Shown one piece after another: positions 20,218 to 30,847 of a stretch of 64,000 nucleotides of DNA (positions are counted from its first letter, which is position 1; each line of letters opens with the position of its first letter). Origin of the DNA: a virus; IMG/VR virus record IMGVR_UViG_3300046002_005654, positions 1 through 64,000 of that record. One strand, 5' to 3'. The position numbers and the translations under genes are program-made. The notes beneath the pieces were generated by a model that worked only from the letters and a program-made list of their open reading frames with translations, did no database searches and was not told the origin of the DNA.

Positions 20218-23200
20218 TTAAATCCCACATATTTTTTCAATTTCTTTTTCTAAAGACTCATTATCTTTAAGATTACTATATAATTCATTAAAACTAGAGT
20301 TCATATCTTTAGGATTAACTTTGTCCATTAAACCTAATTGCTTAGCTATAACAGTTACTATTTTAGCTTTAGTTTTAGCGTCTGCAGATTTAAATACTTC
20401 TTGAAGATTGTTAGATTTTATAGTTTTAACTTCTGCGGTTGTAATGCCCTTTAAAGCATTTATTTGATTATCATATCTAGCATTAATTATAGAAGGTAAT
20501 TTTTTCCATTCTTCTATTTTTCTATCATTTTCAGCAGCTTCTTTAGGATATTGTTCTGGATTTTCAGATGCAGATAAATCTAATACAGGTAATTTTATTT
20601 TAGAAGTTCTAAGCTCTTTTTGTCTTTCAACCTCTAATTCAGCTATTTGTTTATCAATACTAGGAGCAACTACATCCTCTACTAGAGAAGAATCTTTTAT
20701 ATATCTATCTATTAAATTACTAAACTCACCTCTTATTATCCATTTTTTTAATCCATATTCTTGTTTTAAATCTTCAATTGGAATATAGCTTTCAACAAAA
20801 GGAATGCTTAATATTATTGGTTTTATTTCATTAAATAATAATAATGATTTAGAAGGATCGTTTTCTACTAATAATTGTTTTAATAATTCTTTAGCCCTTA
20901 AACCTTTTTTATAATTATCATCTATTACTACATCTTCTACTGGAGATGATTGTTTATTTTTTTGTATTTCTATAGATTTTATTCTGTTTTTATATTCTTC
21001 AAGAGTAGATATTCTTTCAATTAATTTATCTCCCGATTCAAAAAAAGTAGTCGCTAATCCTCTATCTCTTATTTTTCCGAAAAAATCATCTTTTGTGAAA
21101 AAATTTCCACCCCCATCAAAAACCTCATTATAATAATCAACGAACGCTTGTGGTATATCTCCTTTTTCTAAATTAGCAGTTTTACCTTTTAAATTAGATT
21201 CAATTTCTTGAATTTTTGTTATAGTATTTTTGCTTTTAGTATTTTCTACTGGAGATACTTCTTGGGGTTTAGGAGTTTCTTTGGGTTTGAAGAAAACTTC
21301 GTATTTTTCATTCCAAAGGTCTCCATTTTCTTGACTTCCTCCCCATATTTCAACTGTTCCTACAACTTGTCCATTTTGATTTTTACCTCTATTATCTAAT
21401 AATACCACTTTATTAATTTCTGTACCAAAAGAATCTTCATCTAATTGTGATTTTTCTAAATCTATATCTGAAAATGAAATAATAGGAGCTTCGCTAATTC
21501 TATATTTTTTAACGGTATTGAAAACGTCATTTTCTACCTTCTCGCCTTCGGACGGTTTTTGTACTGTAATTGTTTCAGTTTCAATACCTCCATAATTTCC
21601 AGTTAATGAAGCTAGTAAATCTTCAGGATTATCTAAATCAACTTCTTCAGTTTCTTCAGAAGGAACTGCTTTTTTAGCATTTTTATCAACAACTGCTTGA
21701 TTTAAATAGATATTTGAATAACCTTGAAATGTAGGCTCATTAACAACTGCGTTAGTTGTTAATATAGCGTAATCACTATTTATACCTAACAAGTAATTAA
21801 TATAGTCATCGTTATTAAAAGTCGCAGTATCGTCTTTGGTTATTAAAACATTATGTCTTTTATATTCAAAATATTTAACTAAAGCAGCTCTTTCGCCATC
21901 AGATAAATTATTTAACTTATCAGTAGTGTAAGTATACCCTTTACTCCCTTCAATTCCTAAAACATTATTAACCTTTTGTATCAGCTCTCCAACAGTAAAA
22001 GAACCGTCTTTGTTAAGCATCAACTTAGTCTTAGCATTTGTGTTTTGAGAGAAAATTATAAAGTTAATAAGTCTATCTAGGTTTACATCTATAGAGTCGT
22101 TGTTTCTTTTTATAAATTCAAATTCATTTTTAACAAATGGTAAATCATTATCTATGTATTCTTGTAAATCTTCAAATGTAAATTCTTTTTTCTCTTTTAT
22201 AAGATTAGATTTTAAAGCTATAAGACTCAATACGTCTTGAGCTTTTTCTTCGCTTAAACGAGCTGTATTTAGCTTTAAATAGAATGGTTTGCCATTAAGC
22301 ATAGGTATTTTTAAGAACACCTCTCCTTTATTACTAGAAGATAAAGATGTAGTTTCATCAGTTAATCCACTTGCGCAATATTTAATTTCACCTTTGTTAC
22401 TAACATAAACTGTATTCTTTTTAAAATATTGAATCTTTTCTTCAGGAGTCATTCTTTTAAAAACATCTAATTCTAATACATTTGAATTTTGCTCACCTAG
22501 TTTTAAAGTGCCTGTAAATTGCTTTGCAACTTTACCTTCTATAGATTTAAAATCTCCTTTATTAGCGATTAAAGCTTTTACTATTGATTTTCTTAAAGGT
22601 AGTGTTTCAACTTCTACTATTTTATTAGATTTAGAAGCCATTGAGTCTATAAAAGAACTTGCAGAATCTTTACCATTGGTTATTGTAATTTTAATTGGCA
22701 AATAATTAGCTAAATAATTTATTTCGTCTTCGGTTATAGCTTCTCCTTTTTTAACTCTTTCTAATATTGCATTAGCTGTAAAAGTTTGGTCTTTAGGATT
22801 TATATCTCCAACTTCAAACGTGACTTTATCATTAGTTTTATCTCTTGGAATTTTTTCAAATTCTACAAAAGCTTTTAGACTTGGGTACAAAGGCTCACCT
22901 GTTTGTTGATTAGTGCTAATAATTCTAGCGGCTCCTTGGTTTTTAGCTACTTTTAAAGGATTAGTTGAGTCATCTAAGTTATTTTCTTTAGACGGATCTT
23001 TATCAAATTTTTCATCATTTTCATCTACTTCTTTATTATCAGAAGTTTGAGAAGTTTCTAATCCGTTATTAATATCTTTATCAATAACAGTTTCAGTTGT
23101 TTCAGGCGTAGTTTCTGTTTCTATATATTTATCAGCTTCAAATTTATCTTCGTCAGCTTCTAATTCTTCAACTCTTTTTAAATCTTCTCTTACTTTGTCT

Positions 23201-25818
23201 TGTTCCCCTATATATGAAAATCTATCTTGAAAAACTCCTTGTATAAAATCATTATCTCTAAATTTTTTATCAAGACCTTTAAGATAATCAACTAAAGATG
23301 GTTTATCTTCAAAAGAATTTATAGTATCTATAACGCTTTGATGATCTTCTAAACTTGCTTCGTTAGTTTCTTCTTCAACTTCTAAATAATCTCCAACAAA
23401 ATCTTTAAACGATTTATCAACAATATTTCCTTTCCAAACTTCAGATATATCTTTATTATTTTTTTCTATATCTTTAGAAACTTTATTATATTCTTCTTCT
23501 ACTTGTTTTACTAATTCGTTATTATCAATAGTTTCTTTTGTTTTTTTAGCTCTTGTGTCTATATCTTCATTAGAAACAATTCCGCTTTTCATTTTTATTA
23601 AAGGAGATTCAGATTCTGACATATATAAAGGGTCTATTCCAAGCTCTTCAAAAATATCATTTCTTTTTTTATTTAATTTTTCTAATTTAGCTTTATTAAA
23701 TCTAAGTTTATTTTGAACATTTAAATACCTACTATTAAGTTCGTTTAAGAATGCGGTTCTATATATTTTAGCTTTAGATGGATCATCTAATCTTTTATCA
23801 TTTAGTTTAATAATGGTGCTACTAAAATCTTGAAACTTATCATTTTGTTTTTGTAAAAATTTAGCAGTTTCCATAGTTTCATCAACTATTTGTTTATAAG
23901 TTTTTTTACTGCCATCATTATTTTTATCTCTTTCTTGAATATCAGTTAGTTGACTATTAGCATCTAATTGTTCTTTAAGTAAAGATAATCCTTTTTCTCC
24001 ATTATAAGCAGCTGTTTTAGCTAATTGAAATATAGCATTGCTTTGTTGTTCATCTAAATAACTATTATCTCCATTATCTACTGCATTTTTATATTTACTT
24101 AATTTATCATCAGTAAGTATTAAACTTCTTAGTATTTCTTGAGATTTAATTAAATCAGTTTCAGGTTCAGTAGTTGGATTTCCTTGCGAATCTTTTTTAT
24201 AAATTATAGCTCCATTTTCATCTTTTTTATATATATCATTAATATTGAATATATTATTAAGATTGTTCATTGGAATAGATAATCTATTTGTTATTTCATT
24301 TTTAATTTTAGCTTCTTGCTTAGCTTGTCCGTGAGCTGTTATACTTGTCATTCCTGTTCCTAGAACACCTCCAAGCATTATAGATACTTTTCCTTCAGTA
24401 GTACCAAGCATTTTAGCATATTCAGTAAATGTATCAGGAATTGTATCTTCAAATCCAACTTCTTCAGCTCTATTTTCAGCTACATATTTTTTAAATTGAT
24501 TAGCTGTTGACGTTTGTAATCCTTCTTCAAAAAAACCTTCAGATAATGTGTTTTTAACAACTCTTTCTCCAAATTTAGTAACTCCTTTTCCTATTGAGCT
24601 ATTAAGTATTTTAGAGACTTTGCCAACAGTTTTAAGACCTTCAACTGATCCTTTTTCAGCTATTTTTTCAGCAGTTCTGCCAACTCTTCCAAATAATTGC
24701 ATATGCATTAATGTATTTGGCCCTAAAAGTATCGCTACATTTCTTCCAAATATACCAGCTTCCATTGAAGTAACTTCATTTTCAAATCTTTGATGAAGTA
24801 CAGCTTCTTGAACTTTTAATGGATCTGCAGTTAATTGATTTTGTTGTTCTGCTGTTATAGTACCATTTCTTCTTTTAACATCTAAACTTTCTAAATATTT
24901 CTTAGCTTCTATTTGATATTCAGGAGTATCTAAATATCCAGAAGATTTCCATCCATTTATAATTTTTCCTTTATTAGCCCTAGTCTCAGTACCAGCTTGA
25001 GTAGCTTCAGCACCAGCCTCAGCTGCTGTATTATATCCAATAGAAATTGCGCTATCTATATTTCTTGCAGTTTGACCAATCTTATTAGAAGCCGCTACGA
25101 ATTGCTCGGCTCTACTAGCTCCTGCAAATAATTCTCTAGCTTTATCTATCCTATTTGCCGCACCTATCATTTTGGCTCCAAGACCTAATTTACCAAGCAT
25201 AGCTCCAGGAAGTATCATTCCTAATGCAAATCCTGCCCCATCAGCTCCATCAGTAGCCCAAAATGCAGAAGACATAATTTTATCTCCTAAATCGCCATCT
25301 TGTACAGCTTTTTTAACATATACTGGAAGATATTCGCTTTTTATTTCTTCATTAATAGAATCTAAGCCTTTTATCCATCCATTATTAAAAACAGTGTCTA
25401 TAAAATTTGTATTATCTTCACCTGTACTAGCGTCGTTTATTTGTCCAGCAATACCAATACCTAGCCCTCCTATAATTCCAGGCAACTTAGCTGTTTCGGT
25501 AGCGGCTTTTACAGCTGTTCTTCCAAGTCCGGCACCTAACTGATCCCATGCAGATTGTTTTTGAGCTCTGTATTCATTTATTGAATTTTTAGAATCTTCT
25601 TCATCAACGTGTGAATACCAGTTTAAATCTTTATCATATTTAGAATCTCCTAAACCAGTGTTAGTACCTAATAAAGGTGTTTTAGATTCTGCATTATAAA
25701 CAGTCTCCATATTACTTGGAGCATTGTTTACAAATTTATTTTCAGATAAAAATCTATTTATAATTTCAGATTCTTTAAATTGACTTTCGTAAGGATTATT
25801 CTTTCTTTTTAGACTCAT
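20218..25818 (-). CDS. Giant virion-ejected protein (first of the large trio)
   Basis: 1866 aa directly upstream of the virion RNAP; Gly/Ala-rich hydrophobic N-terminal region, acidic linker, modular C-terminus. Confidence 0.75.
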   Translation of the reverse strand: MSLKRKNNPYESQFKESEIINRFLSENKFVNNAPSNMETVYNAESKTPLLGTNTGLGDSKYDKDLNWYSHVDEEDSKNSINEYRAQKQSAWDQLGAGLGRTAVKAATETAKLPGIIGGLGIGIAGQINDASTGEDNTNFIDTVFNNGWIKGLDSINEEIKSEYLPVYVKKAVQDGDLGDKIMSSAFWATDGADGAGFALGMILPGAMLGKLGLGAKMIGAANRIDKARELFAGASRAEQFVAASNKIGQTARNIDSAISIGYNTAAEAGAEATQAGTETRANKGKIINGWKSSGYLDTPEYQIEAKKYLESLDVKRRNGTITAEQQNQLTADPLKVQEAVLHQRFENEVTSMEAGIFGRNVAILLGPNTLMHMQLFGRVGRTAEKIAEKGSVEGLKTVGKVSKILNSSIGKGVTKFGERVVKNTLSEGFFEEGLQTSTANQFKKYVAENRAEEVGFEDTIPDTFTEYAKMLGTTEGKVSIMLGGVLGTGMTSITAHGQAKQEAKIKNEITNRLSIPMNNLNNIFNINDIYKKDENGAIIYKKDSQGNPTTEPETDLIKSQEILRSLILTDDKLSKYKNAVDNGDNSYLDEQQSNAIFQLAKTAAYNGEKGLSLLKEQLDANSQLTDIQERDKNNDGSKKTYKQIVDETMETAKFLQKQNDKFQDFSSTIIKLNDKRLDDPSKAKIYRTAFLNELNSRYLNVQNKLRFNKAKLEKLNKKRNDIFEELGIDPLYMSESESPLIKMKSGIVSNEDIDTRAKKTKETIDNNELVKQVEEEYNKVSKDIEKNNKDISEVWKGNIVDKSFKDFVGDYLEVEEETNEASLEDHQSVIDTINSFEDKPSLVDYLKGLDKKFRDNDFIQGVFQDRFSYIGEQDKVREDLKRVEELEADEDKFEADKYIETETTPETTETVIDKDINNGLETSQTSDNKEVDENDEKFDKDPSKENNLDDSTNPLKVAKNQGAARIISTNQQTGEPLYPSLKAFVEFEKIPRDKTNDKVTFEVGDINPKDQTFTANAILERVKKGEAITEDEINYLANYLPIKITITNGKDSASSFIDSMASKSNKIVEVETLPLRKSIVKALIANKGDFKSIEGKVAKQFTGTLKLGEQNSNVLELDVFKRMTPEEKIQYFKKNTVYVSNKGEIKYCASGLTDETTSLSSSNKGEVFLKIPMLNGKPFYLKLNTARLSEEKAQDVLSLIALKSNLIKEKKEFTFEDLQEYIDNDLPFVKNEFEFIKRNNDSIDVNLDRLINFIIFSQNTNAKTKLMLNKDGSFTVGELIQKVNNVLGIEGSKGYTYTTDKLNNLSDGERAALVKYFEYKRHNVLITKDDTATFNNDDYINYLLGINSDYAILTTNAVVNEPTFQGYSNIYLNQAVVDKNAKKAVPSEETEEVDLDNPEDLLASLTGNYGGIETETITVQKPSEGEKVENDVFNTVKKYRISEAPIISFSDIDLEKSQLDEDSFGTEINKVVLLDNRGKNQNGQVVGTVEIWGGSQENGDLWNEKYEVFFKPKETPKPQEVSPVENTKSKNTITKIQEIESNLKGKTANLEKGDIPQAFVDYYNEVFDGGGNFFTKDDFFGKIRDRGLATTFFESGDKLIERISTLEEYKNRIKSIEIQKNKQSSPVEDVVIDDNYKKGLRAKELLKQLLVENDPSKSLLLFNEIKPIILSIPFVESYIPIEDLKQEYGLKKWIIRGEFSNLIDRYIKDSSLVEDVVAPSIDKQIAELEVERQKELRTSKIKLPVLDLSASENPEQYPKEAAENDRKIEEWKKLPSIINARYDNQINALKGITTAEVKTIKSNNLQEVFKSADAKTKAKIVTVIAKQLGLMDKVNPKDMNSSFNELYSNLKDNESLEKEIEKICGI

Positions 25819-27631
25819 CTTGTATTTGTTTTTCAGTCATTGCTTTATCCATAATATATTCATATTCAGGGCCAGTAGCATCTTCATATAAATTTCCATT
25901 ATAAATAATATCAAACGATCCGTTTTCTTTGAATTTAATTTTTGTATCATCAGCAGCTCTTGGGGTAACCCAATCGCCAAATTTTTCAACCGCATTTCTG
26001 TATACTTGACTTATTTGGTATGATTTTTTAAACTCAGGAGTATCCATTTCTTGTTTACTTCTTGTCATAGGAGCTTGTCCTAATGAATTCCCTTTATCAT
26101 CAATAATTTCTACTTTATGTGTTAATACAGTTTGTTTTTTTCCATTGCTGCCTTTAAAATTATATCCATTATAACTCAAGTGACTATCATAACCTATATA
26201 TTTAACTTTATATCCTTTTGCTCTAAACTCATCAGGAGTTAGTTCTTGTTTAGTTACAGGGTCTATAATGCTTCTGTACCCATTATTTAAATCTCTTTGA
26301 GCTTCTGCATCTCTTTGAGCTCCAGGTTTTTTATCAAATTGACCCATGAATTGTTGAGAATTAGTAGCACTATCTGGAAGAATTACATCATTAGCTATAG
26401 TCGGTATTTTAGCGTATTTGTTCATATAAAAACCAACAACTTTAGCTGTATTAATATCATTTATATCTTGACCTTTTGGTATTTTACCGTTAGCTATAAG
26501 TTTTTCGTAAGATTTTTTATATATCTGTTGTTGTATAGGGTCTTTAATAATATCTTTATATGTGTTTTTTCCAGCAGGGACACTTTTAAATCTTGGGGCA
26601 TCATTATAGCCTTGAAATGTTTTTCTTTCTGAAAATTTAGTAGTATCTCTATTAGTTCCAATAGAATTAAAATCTATTTTTTTAATGGATTCGCCAACTG
26701 TTTTTTGCGTACTTGGATCGTATATAGTTGTAGGTACTATTGGTTGTGTTGGATTTTTTCCAGGAGTTTGACCTGACAATACATCATAATTTTCAGTTCT
26801 ATTGTCAACATTAGAAATTTCTTTCATAGCATTGAAATCCTGATTAATTCTATAATTAGTATGACTTGGATCCCATCCAGCAGCATCTGCCCATTTGCGA
26901 CCTTCTCCAGCTTCACTAACCCATTTATCTTTCATTCCTTTCATTGCGTTATTTAAAGCATCAATATTATCTGAATGAACTACGTTCCCTCCTCTATTAA
27001 CCATCATCATTAATCCTGTAGTTGGATCGGTAACTATACCGTGTCCGCTAGCTCTTGCAGAACCAGTTACTTTACCTAATAAAGCATGATATTGATTTCT
27101 ATCAGTTTCGTAATCTTGATAAGCAGGAGAACCTAAAGCACCTATATTTGATATTTTTTTACCATCTTCGCTATATCCAGTATATTTATTCTTAGCATAG
27201 TTATTCCAATTCTTTAAAGCTTGTTCTCTTCCTATCTTAGACACTTTTGTAGCGTCATCTAAATAAGTAGCTTTCTCTGTATCATAAGCAGTTTTAGCTG
27301 CGTTAATTTGTCCTAATTCACCTGTTGGAGAAAATTGCTCACGAAGCTCTCTATTAGTTCTAAAAACACCAGATGTTGTGTTTCCATTAAAACCTTCATT
27401 AGCTAATGTTGTAGATTGTGCATCTATTTGTTTTAAAAGGTCAGATTTAATTTTTTGAGCTTTATCATAATGAACATCTAAAGGATTAACTTTATCTAAT
27501 TCAGCTATTTGAGTTTGTAGTTTTTCGTCTGCAGCATTGTGCTGTTGTCTCATAGCAGCGGCAGGTGCCCAAATTTCTTGAGTTGTCATTGGGTGATATG
27601 CTGATACCGATACGTCTGTATATTTATTCAT
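25796..27631 (-). CDS. Virion cargo/ejected protein
   Basis: 611 aa; syntenic position between cargo 1 and the giant proteins in crAss-like phages. Confidence 0.6.
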   Translation of the reverse strand: MNKYTDVSVSAYHPMTTQEIWAPAAAMRQQHNAADEKLQTQIAELDKVNPLDVHYDKAQKIKSDLLKQIDAQSTTLANEGFNGNTTSGVFRTNRELREQFSPTGELGQINAAKTAYDTEKATYLDDATKVSKIGREQALKNWNNYAKNKYTGYSEDGKKISNIGALGSPAYQDYETDRNQYHALLGKVTGSARASGHGIVTDPTTGLMMMVNRGGNVVHSDNIDALNNAMKGMKDKWVSEAGEGRKWADAAGWDPSHTNYRINQDFNAMKEISNVDNRTENYDVLSGQTPGKNPTQPIVPTTIYDPSTQKTVGESIKKIDFNSIGTNRDTTKFSERKTFQGYNDAPRFKSVPAGKNTYKDIIKDPIQQQIYKKSYEKLIANGKIPKGQDINDINTAKVVGFYMNKYAKIPTIANDVILPDSATNSQQFMGQFDKKPGAQRDAEAQRDLNNGYRSIIDPVTKQELTPDEFRAKGYKVKYIGYDSHLSYNGYNFKGSNGKKQTVLTHKVEIIDDKGNSLGQAPMTRSKQEMDTPEFKKSYQISQVYRNAVEKFGDWVTPRAADDTKIKFKENGSFDIIYNGNLYEDATGPEYEYIMDKAMTEKQIQDESKKKE

Positions 27632-30600
27632 TATGTAGTTGCTTTTTTATTTTGTTCTGATATGTATGTTGCATAATCAGCCTGTTTTCTAGCTAACACT
27701 TCTGGACTTATTTTATTGCCATTTTTATCTACAACATATTTTCCTTTTCTTGTGTATCCAAACATAGCTATAGCTGCATCAGAAGCGTTCTTTTCTTTTC
27801 CTATATCTCCAATATCAGTTCCTATTGCAGAAATATATTTAGATCTAGCAGCATCATAAGCACCTTCATCAGCTCTTCTTTCATCTATACCTTTATTTCT
27901 TATAGCTACGTTTTGAGAATCAACTCCTAAATTAAATTGTTGAGCTGATGCGTTTTGTGCTCTATTTTGAGCTGCCGCATTAGCATAAGCGTCACTTAAT
28001 CCTTTAGTCTTATTTAAACCCATTGCTAATATAGCGTTACGAGTAGCTCCTTCAGAACCTCCAATTTGACCTAATGCTGACATTTGATTATTTCCTTCTT
28101 GGTCAATAGTACGTTGCATTTGAGCTTCGTCTACATATTGAGGAACATATCTATTATTTAAGGTATCATATTGAAAACCTTTTGGTTTTTGTAATTTAGC
28201 TAATTGATAAGCATTCATAGCTACTGGAGCTAATCTCATTGCATCTCCAGTATTTTCTCCAATAACCTCTCCAGCTCTTCCAAGTCTATTTTTAAGACTA
28301 TATCTATCTTTATCTGTTTCTTTTGAAGTTGCATACAATCCAGGATTTATAGCTTCGTTATTATATGCTGATAATGCAGAACTATTTACAGTTCTATCAT
28401 TTATTCTCATTAAATCTTGAGTGACTTTTGGAGTTAAATTTTGTTTAACTGCAAACAAATCTTTTTGAAAAGGCATCATTCCTCCGACTACATATTGATT
28501 CATATTTCCACCATAAGCAAAAGAACTTTGTTGTTTTAAATCTTTAACTGTCTTTTTTTCAAGACCTAATTGAGTAGGTATTTCTTTAGCAGATGCAGTT
28601 CCTTGCAACTCTTGAAGTCTTTGCGCTGACATAGCATTTTTTCTAGCTAATTGTTCTGGATTTAATCCTCTTAAATTTTCAACATCTGGAGCATATTTTG
28701 CAGCTAAATTTCTATTATATACAGTATTTGCATTTATAGTTCTATCGGCCATTGCTTGATTTTGAGTTATTTGAGATTGTGGAGTTATTGATCCTCCTAC
28801 ACCAGGTCTAACCATTCCGCCAATAGTACCTCTAGTAGCATTTACATTATAAACTTGTGAAGGTATTGGCTCTATAGCTGTATTTGTTTCGTATGTAGGA
28901 GGAATTGACGGCGTAACAACATCAGGTGTTGGATTTACAGCTGGTCTGCCAGGAGTTCCGCTCATCTCTGTTGTGTAGGATTTTCCATTATACATAAAAG
29001 TAGGTTGTCCAGCAGCTCTAGCTGTTGCAAAAGCTTTATTTCTTCCAATATCAGGAGAATTAACTCCAGTAGTCGGTAACACTGCAGGAGATCCAGGAGT
29101 TCCAGGAATTCTAGTTCCAGTAGTCCCAGGAGTTACTTGTCTAGTATTTGTAGTTACATAACTGTAAGATCCGTCAGCATTTCTTATTTTTTTAGGAGGA
29201 TCTCCACCTAATACACCGCCATAAGCATGATTATTATCATACTGTTGATTAGTATTTAATGCGAAATTATTAGTATTTTTAGCTTCAGCTCTTTGATCTT
29301 TTTTAGCTCCAAATAAACCAGCCACACCTGTTACTACAGGTAGTAATGCAGATAAACCGCCAGTAGCAGCTAATGTCGCTGGGTTTAAGCCTATAGCGGC
29401 AGTTGATTGAAACCCTTTCATAGCCCCTCCTCCTAATGTAGAATGTCCAGAAGCGGCTTTACCACTAGTGTCTACTGCGCTTTTACCAAAAGCTGATTGA
29501 CCAGCTTGATATAGTCCAGCAGCAGCTCCAGCAATATCAGCACCACTAACACCTCCAAGTCCAGTAGCTGATGCAGCTGGATTAGCAACGTTCATTTCAC
29601 TATTAGGATTATCTAATCCAGAATATCTATGTTGTTGATAACCACCAAAAGCAGCTATAGGAGATGGTGTTTGAATATTCTCAGCTTGTTCTTCTTGAGG
29701 GTTATTTGCAGCTCCTTCAGCATACTCTTCCATTCCTTCAGGAATTTGACCATTCATCTGATCTGGAATTTGCTGAGAATTAGCTTGCATTGATTGATTA
29801 GCTTGTTCTTCTGTTGATTGCTCTTGTTGTTTAAGATATTCTTGAGCACCAGCTAATCTATCTAATAATGTTTTTTTAGTTTCTTGAGCATATTTATCAG
29901 CTCTATCTTTAAATTTATCATCTATAGCTTTAGACGCGTCAGATACTGATTTACCAGCTACATATCCAGGAAGGTTAAATTGTTTAACTAATCCTTTATC
30001 TAAGGCTATTCTATTTGAATAGATAAAGTTTCCTTTTTTAGATTCACCTTGTTCAACTCTATTTTGTCCTCCGTCAGGAGCTTGTCCTTGAGGTATTCCG
30101 CCTAAAGGAGATGATTCGTGAGTACCGCCCTCATCAAAGCGAGTAAGGTTTCCACCTTGAGCATATTGTCTCATATTTAAGTAATTATTATATTTTGGGT
30201 TTAATTCATTGTTTATGTATCCTCCATCAGCTTTGGCATCTATATTATAAATACCAAATCCAACGTCTTGAGCAAATTGTTCTCCTTGATATTTTCCATA
30301 TTTTTCAGCAAGTTGTCTCATCATAGCTTTTGCTTTTAAACCCTTATCTAAACCTCCTAAAGTTACTAAAGTAGCAGTATCCATTGCTGAACTAAGTCCT
30401 TTTTGATTTACTTCAGACCTAGCTTGCTCATTTCTATATTTATTAACATCTTGAATATCTATTTTGTCGTTTAAATATTTTGCAAATCTTATTGGAGATG
30501 TTGCAATTTGTTCAGCTGACTTTAAAAAATAATTAGATTCATTATTAATATTATCTTCAATTTCATTCCAATATTTTTTAACAGGATTTTTATTTTCTTG

Positions 30601-30711
30601 TTGTTTTAATCTAAAAGCATTATATTTAACTCTTTGAGTATATGATTCATTAGATTCATTTTTTAATCTATTTGGATTTGAGTCTAACTCTTGCCTTCTT
30701 GTTTTTGCCAT
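27631..30711 (-). CDS. Cargo protein 1-like internal virion protein
   Basis: 1026 aa after the muzzle gene; FDEGGTHESSPLGGI..VEQGE..FIYSNR motif; Gly/Ala-rich putative membrane segment; repeated xxxGG motifs. Confidence 0.7.
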   Translation of the reverse strand: MAKTRRQELDSNPNRLKNESNESYTQRVKYNAFRLKQQENKNPVKKYWNEIEDNINNESNYFLKSAEQIATSPIRFAKYLNDKIDIQDVNKYRNEQARSEVNQKGLSSAMDTATLVTLGGLDKGLKAKAMMRQLAEKYGKYQGEQFAQDVGFGIYNIDAKADGGYINNELNPKYNNYLNMRQYAQGGNLTRFDEGGTHESSPLGGIPQGQAPDGGQNRVEQGESKKGNFIYSNRIALDKGLVKQFNLPGYVAGKSVSDASKAIDDKFKDRADKYAQETKKTLLDRLAGAQEYLKQQEQSTEEQANQSMQANSQQIPDQMNGQIPEGMEEYAEGAANNPQEEQAENIQTPSPIAAFGGYQQHRYSGLDNPNSEMNVANPAASATGLGGVSGADIAGAAAGLYQAGQSAFGKSAVDTSGKAASGHSTLGGGAMKGFQSTAAIGLNPATLAATGGLSALLPVVTGVAGLFGAKKDQRAEAKNTNNFALNTNQQYDNNHAYGGVLGGDPPKKIRNADGSYSYVTTNTRQVTPGTTGTRIPGTPGSPAVLPTTGVNSPDIGRNKAFATARAAGQPTFMYNGKSYTTEMSGTPGRPAVNPTPDVVTPSIPPTYETNTAIEPIPSQVYNVNATRGTIGGMVRPGVGGSITPQSQITQNQAMADRTINANTVYNRNLAAKYAPDVENLRGLNPEQLARKNAMSAQRLQELQGTASAKEIPTQLGLEKKTVKDLKQQSSFAYGGNMNQYVVGGMMPFQKDLFAVKQNLTPKVTQDLMRINDRTVNSSALSAYNNEAINPGLYATSKETDKDRYSLKNRLGRAGEVIGENTGDAMRLAPVAMNAYQLAKLQKPKGFQYDTLNNRYVPQYVDEAQMQRTIDQEGNNQMSALGQIGGSEGATRNAILAMGLNKTKGLSDAYANAAAQNRAQNASAQQFNLGVDSQNVAIRNKGIDERRADEGAYDAARSKYISAIGTDIGDIGKEKNASDAAIAMFGYTRKGKYVVDKNGNKISPEVLARKQADYATYISEQNKKATT

Positions 30712-30723
30712 ATTTTTTTATAT

Positions 30724-30757
30724 AAAAAAAGGGATGAATTTTTTACGTTCATCCCTT
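30724..30757 (-). terminator. Intrinsic terminator immediately upstream of the cargo gene start
   Basis: AAGGGATGAA-cgtaaaaaa-TTCATCCC followed by TTTTTTT on the minus strand. Confidence 0.8.
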
Positions 30758-30784
30758 ATTAGTTGTTGGATATTTGTAATTCTA

Positions 30785-30815
30785 CAAATATAACATTTAT
30801 TTTATTGCCACGCAA
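30785..30815 (-). promoter_or_regulatory. Bacteroidota-type promoter
   Basis: TTG-N20-TATATTTG in the intergenic gap. Confidence 0.65.
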
Positions 30816-30847
30816 GTTTTAAACTATATATTTTATAATATTTTAAA

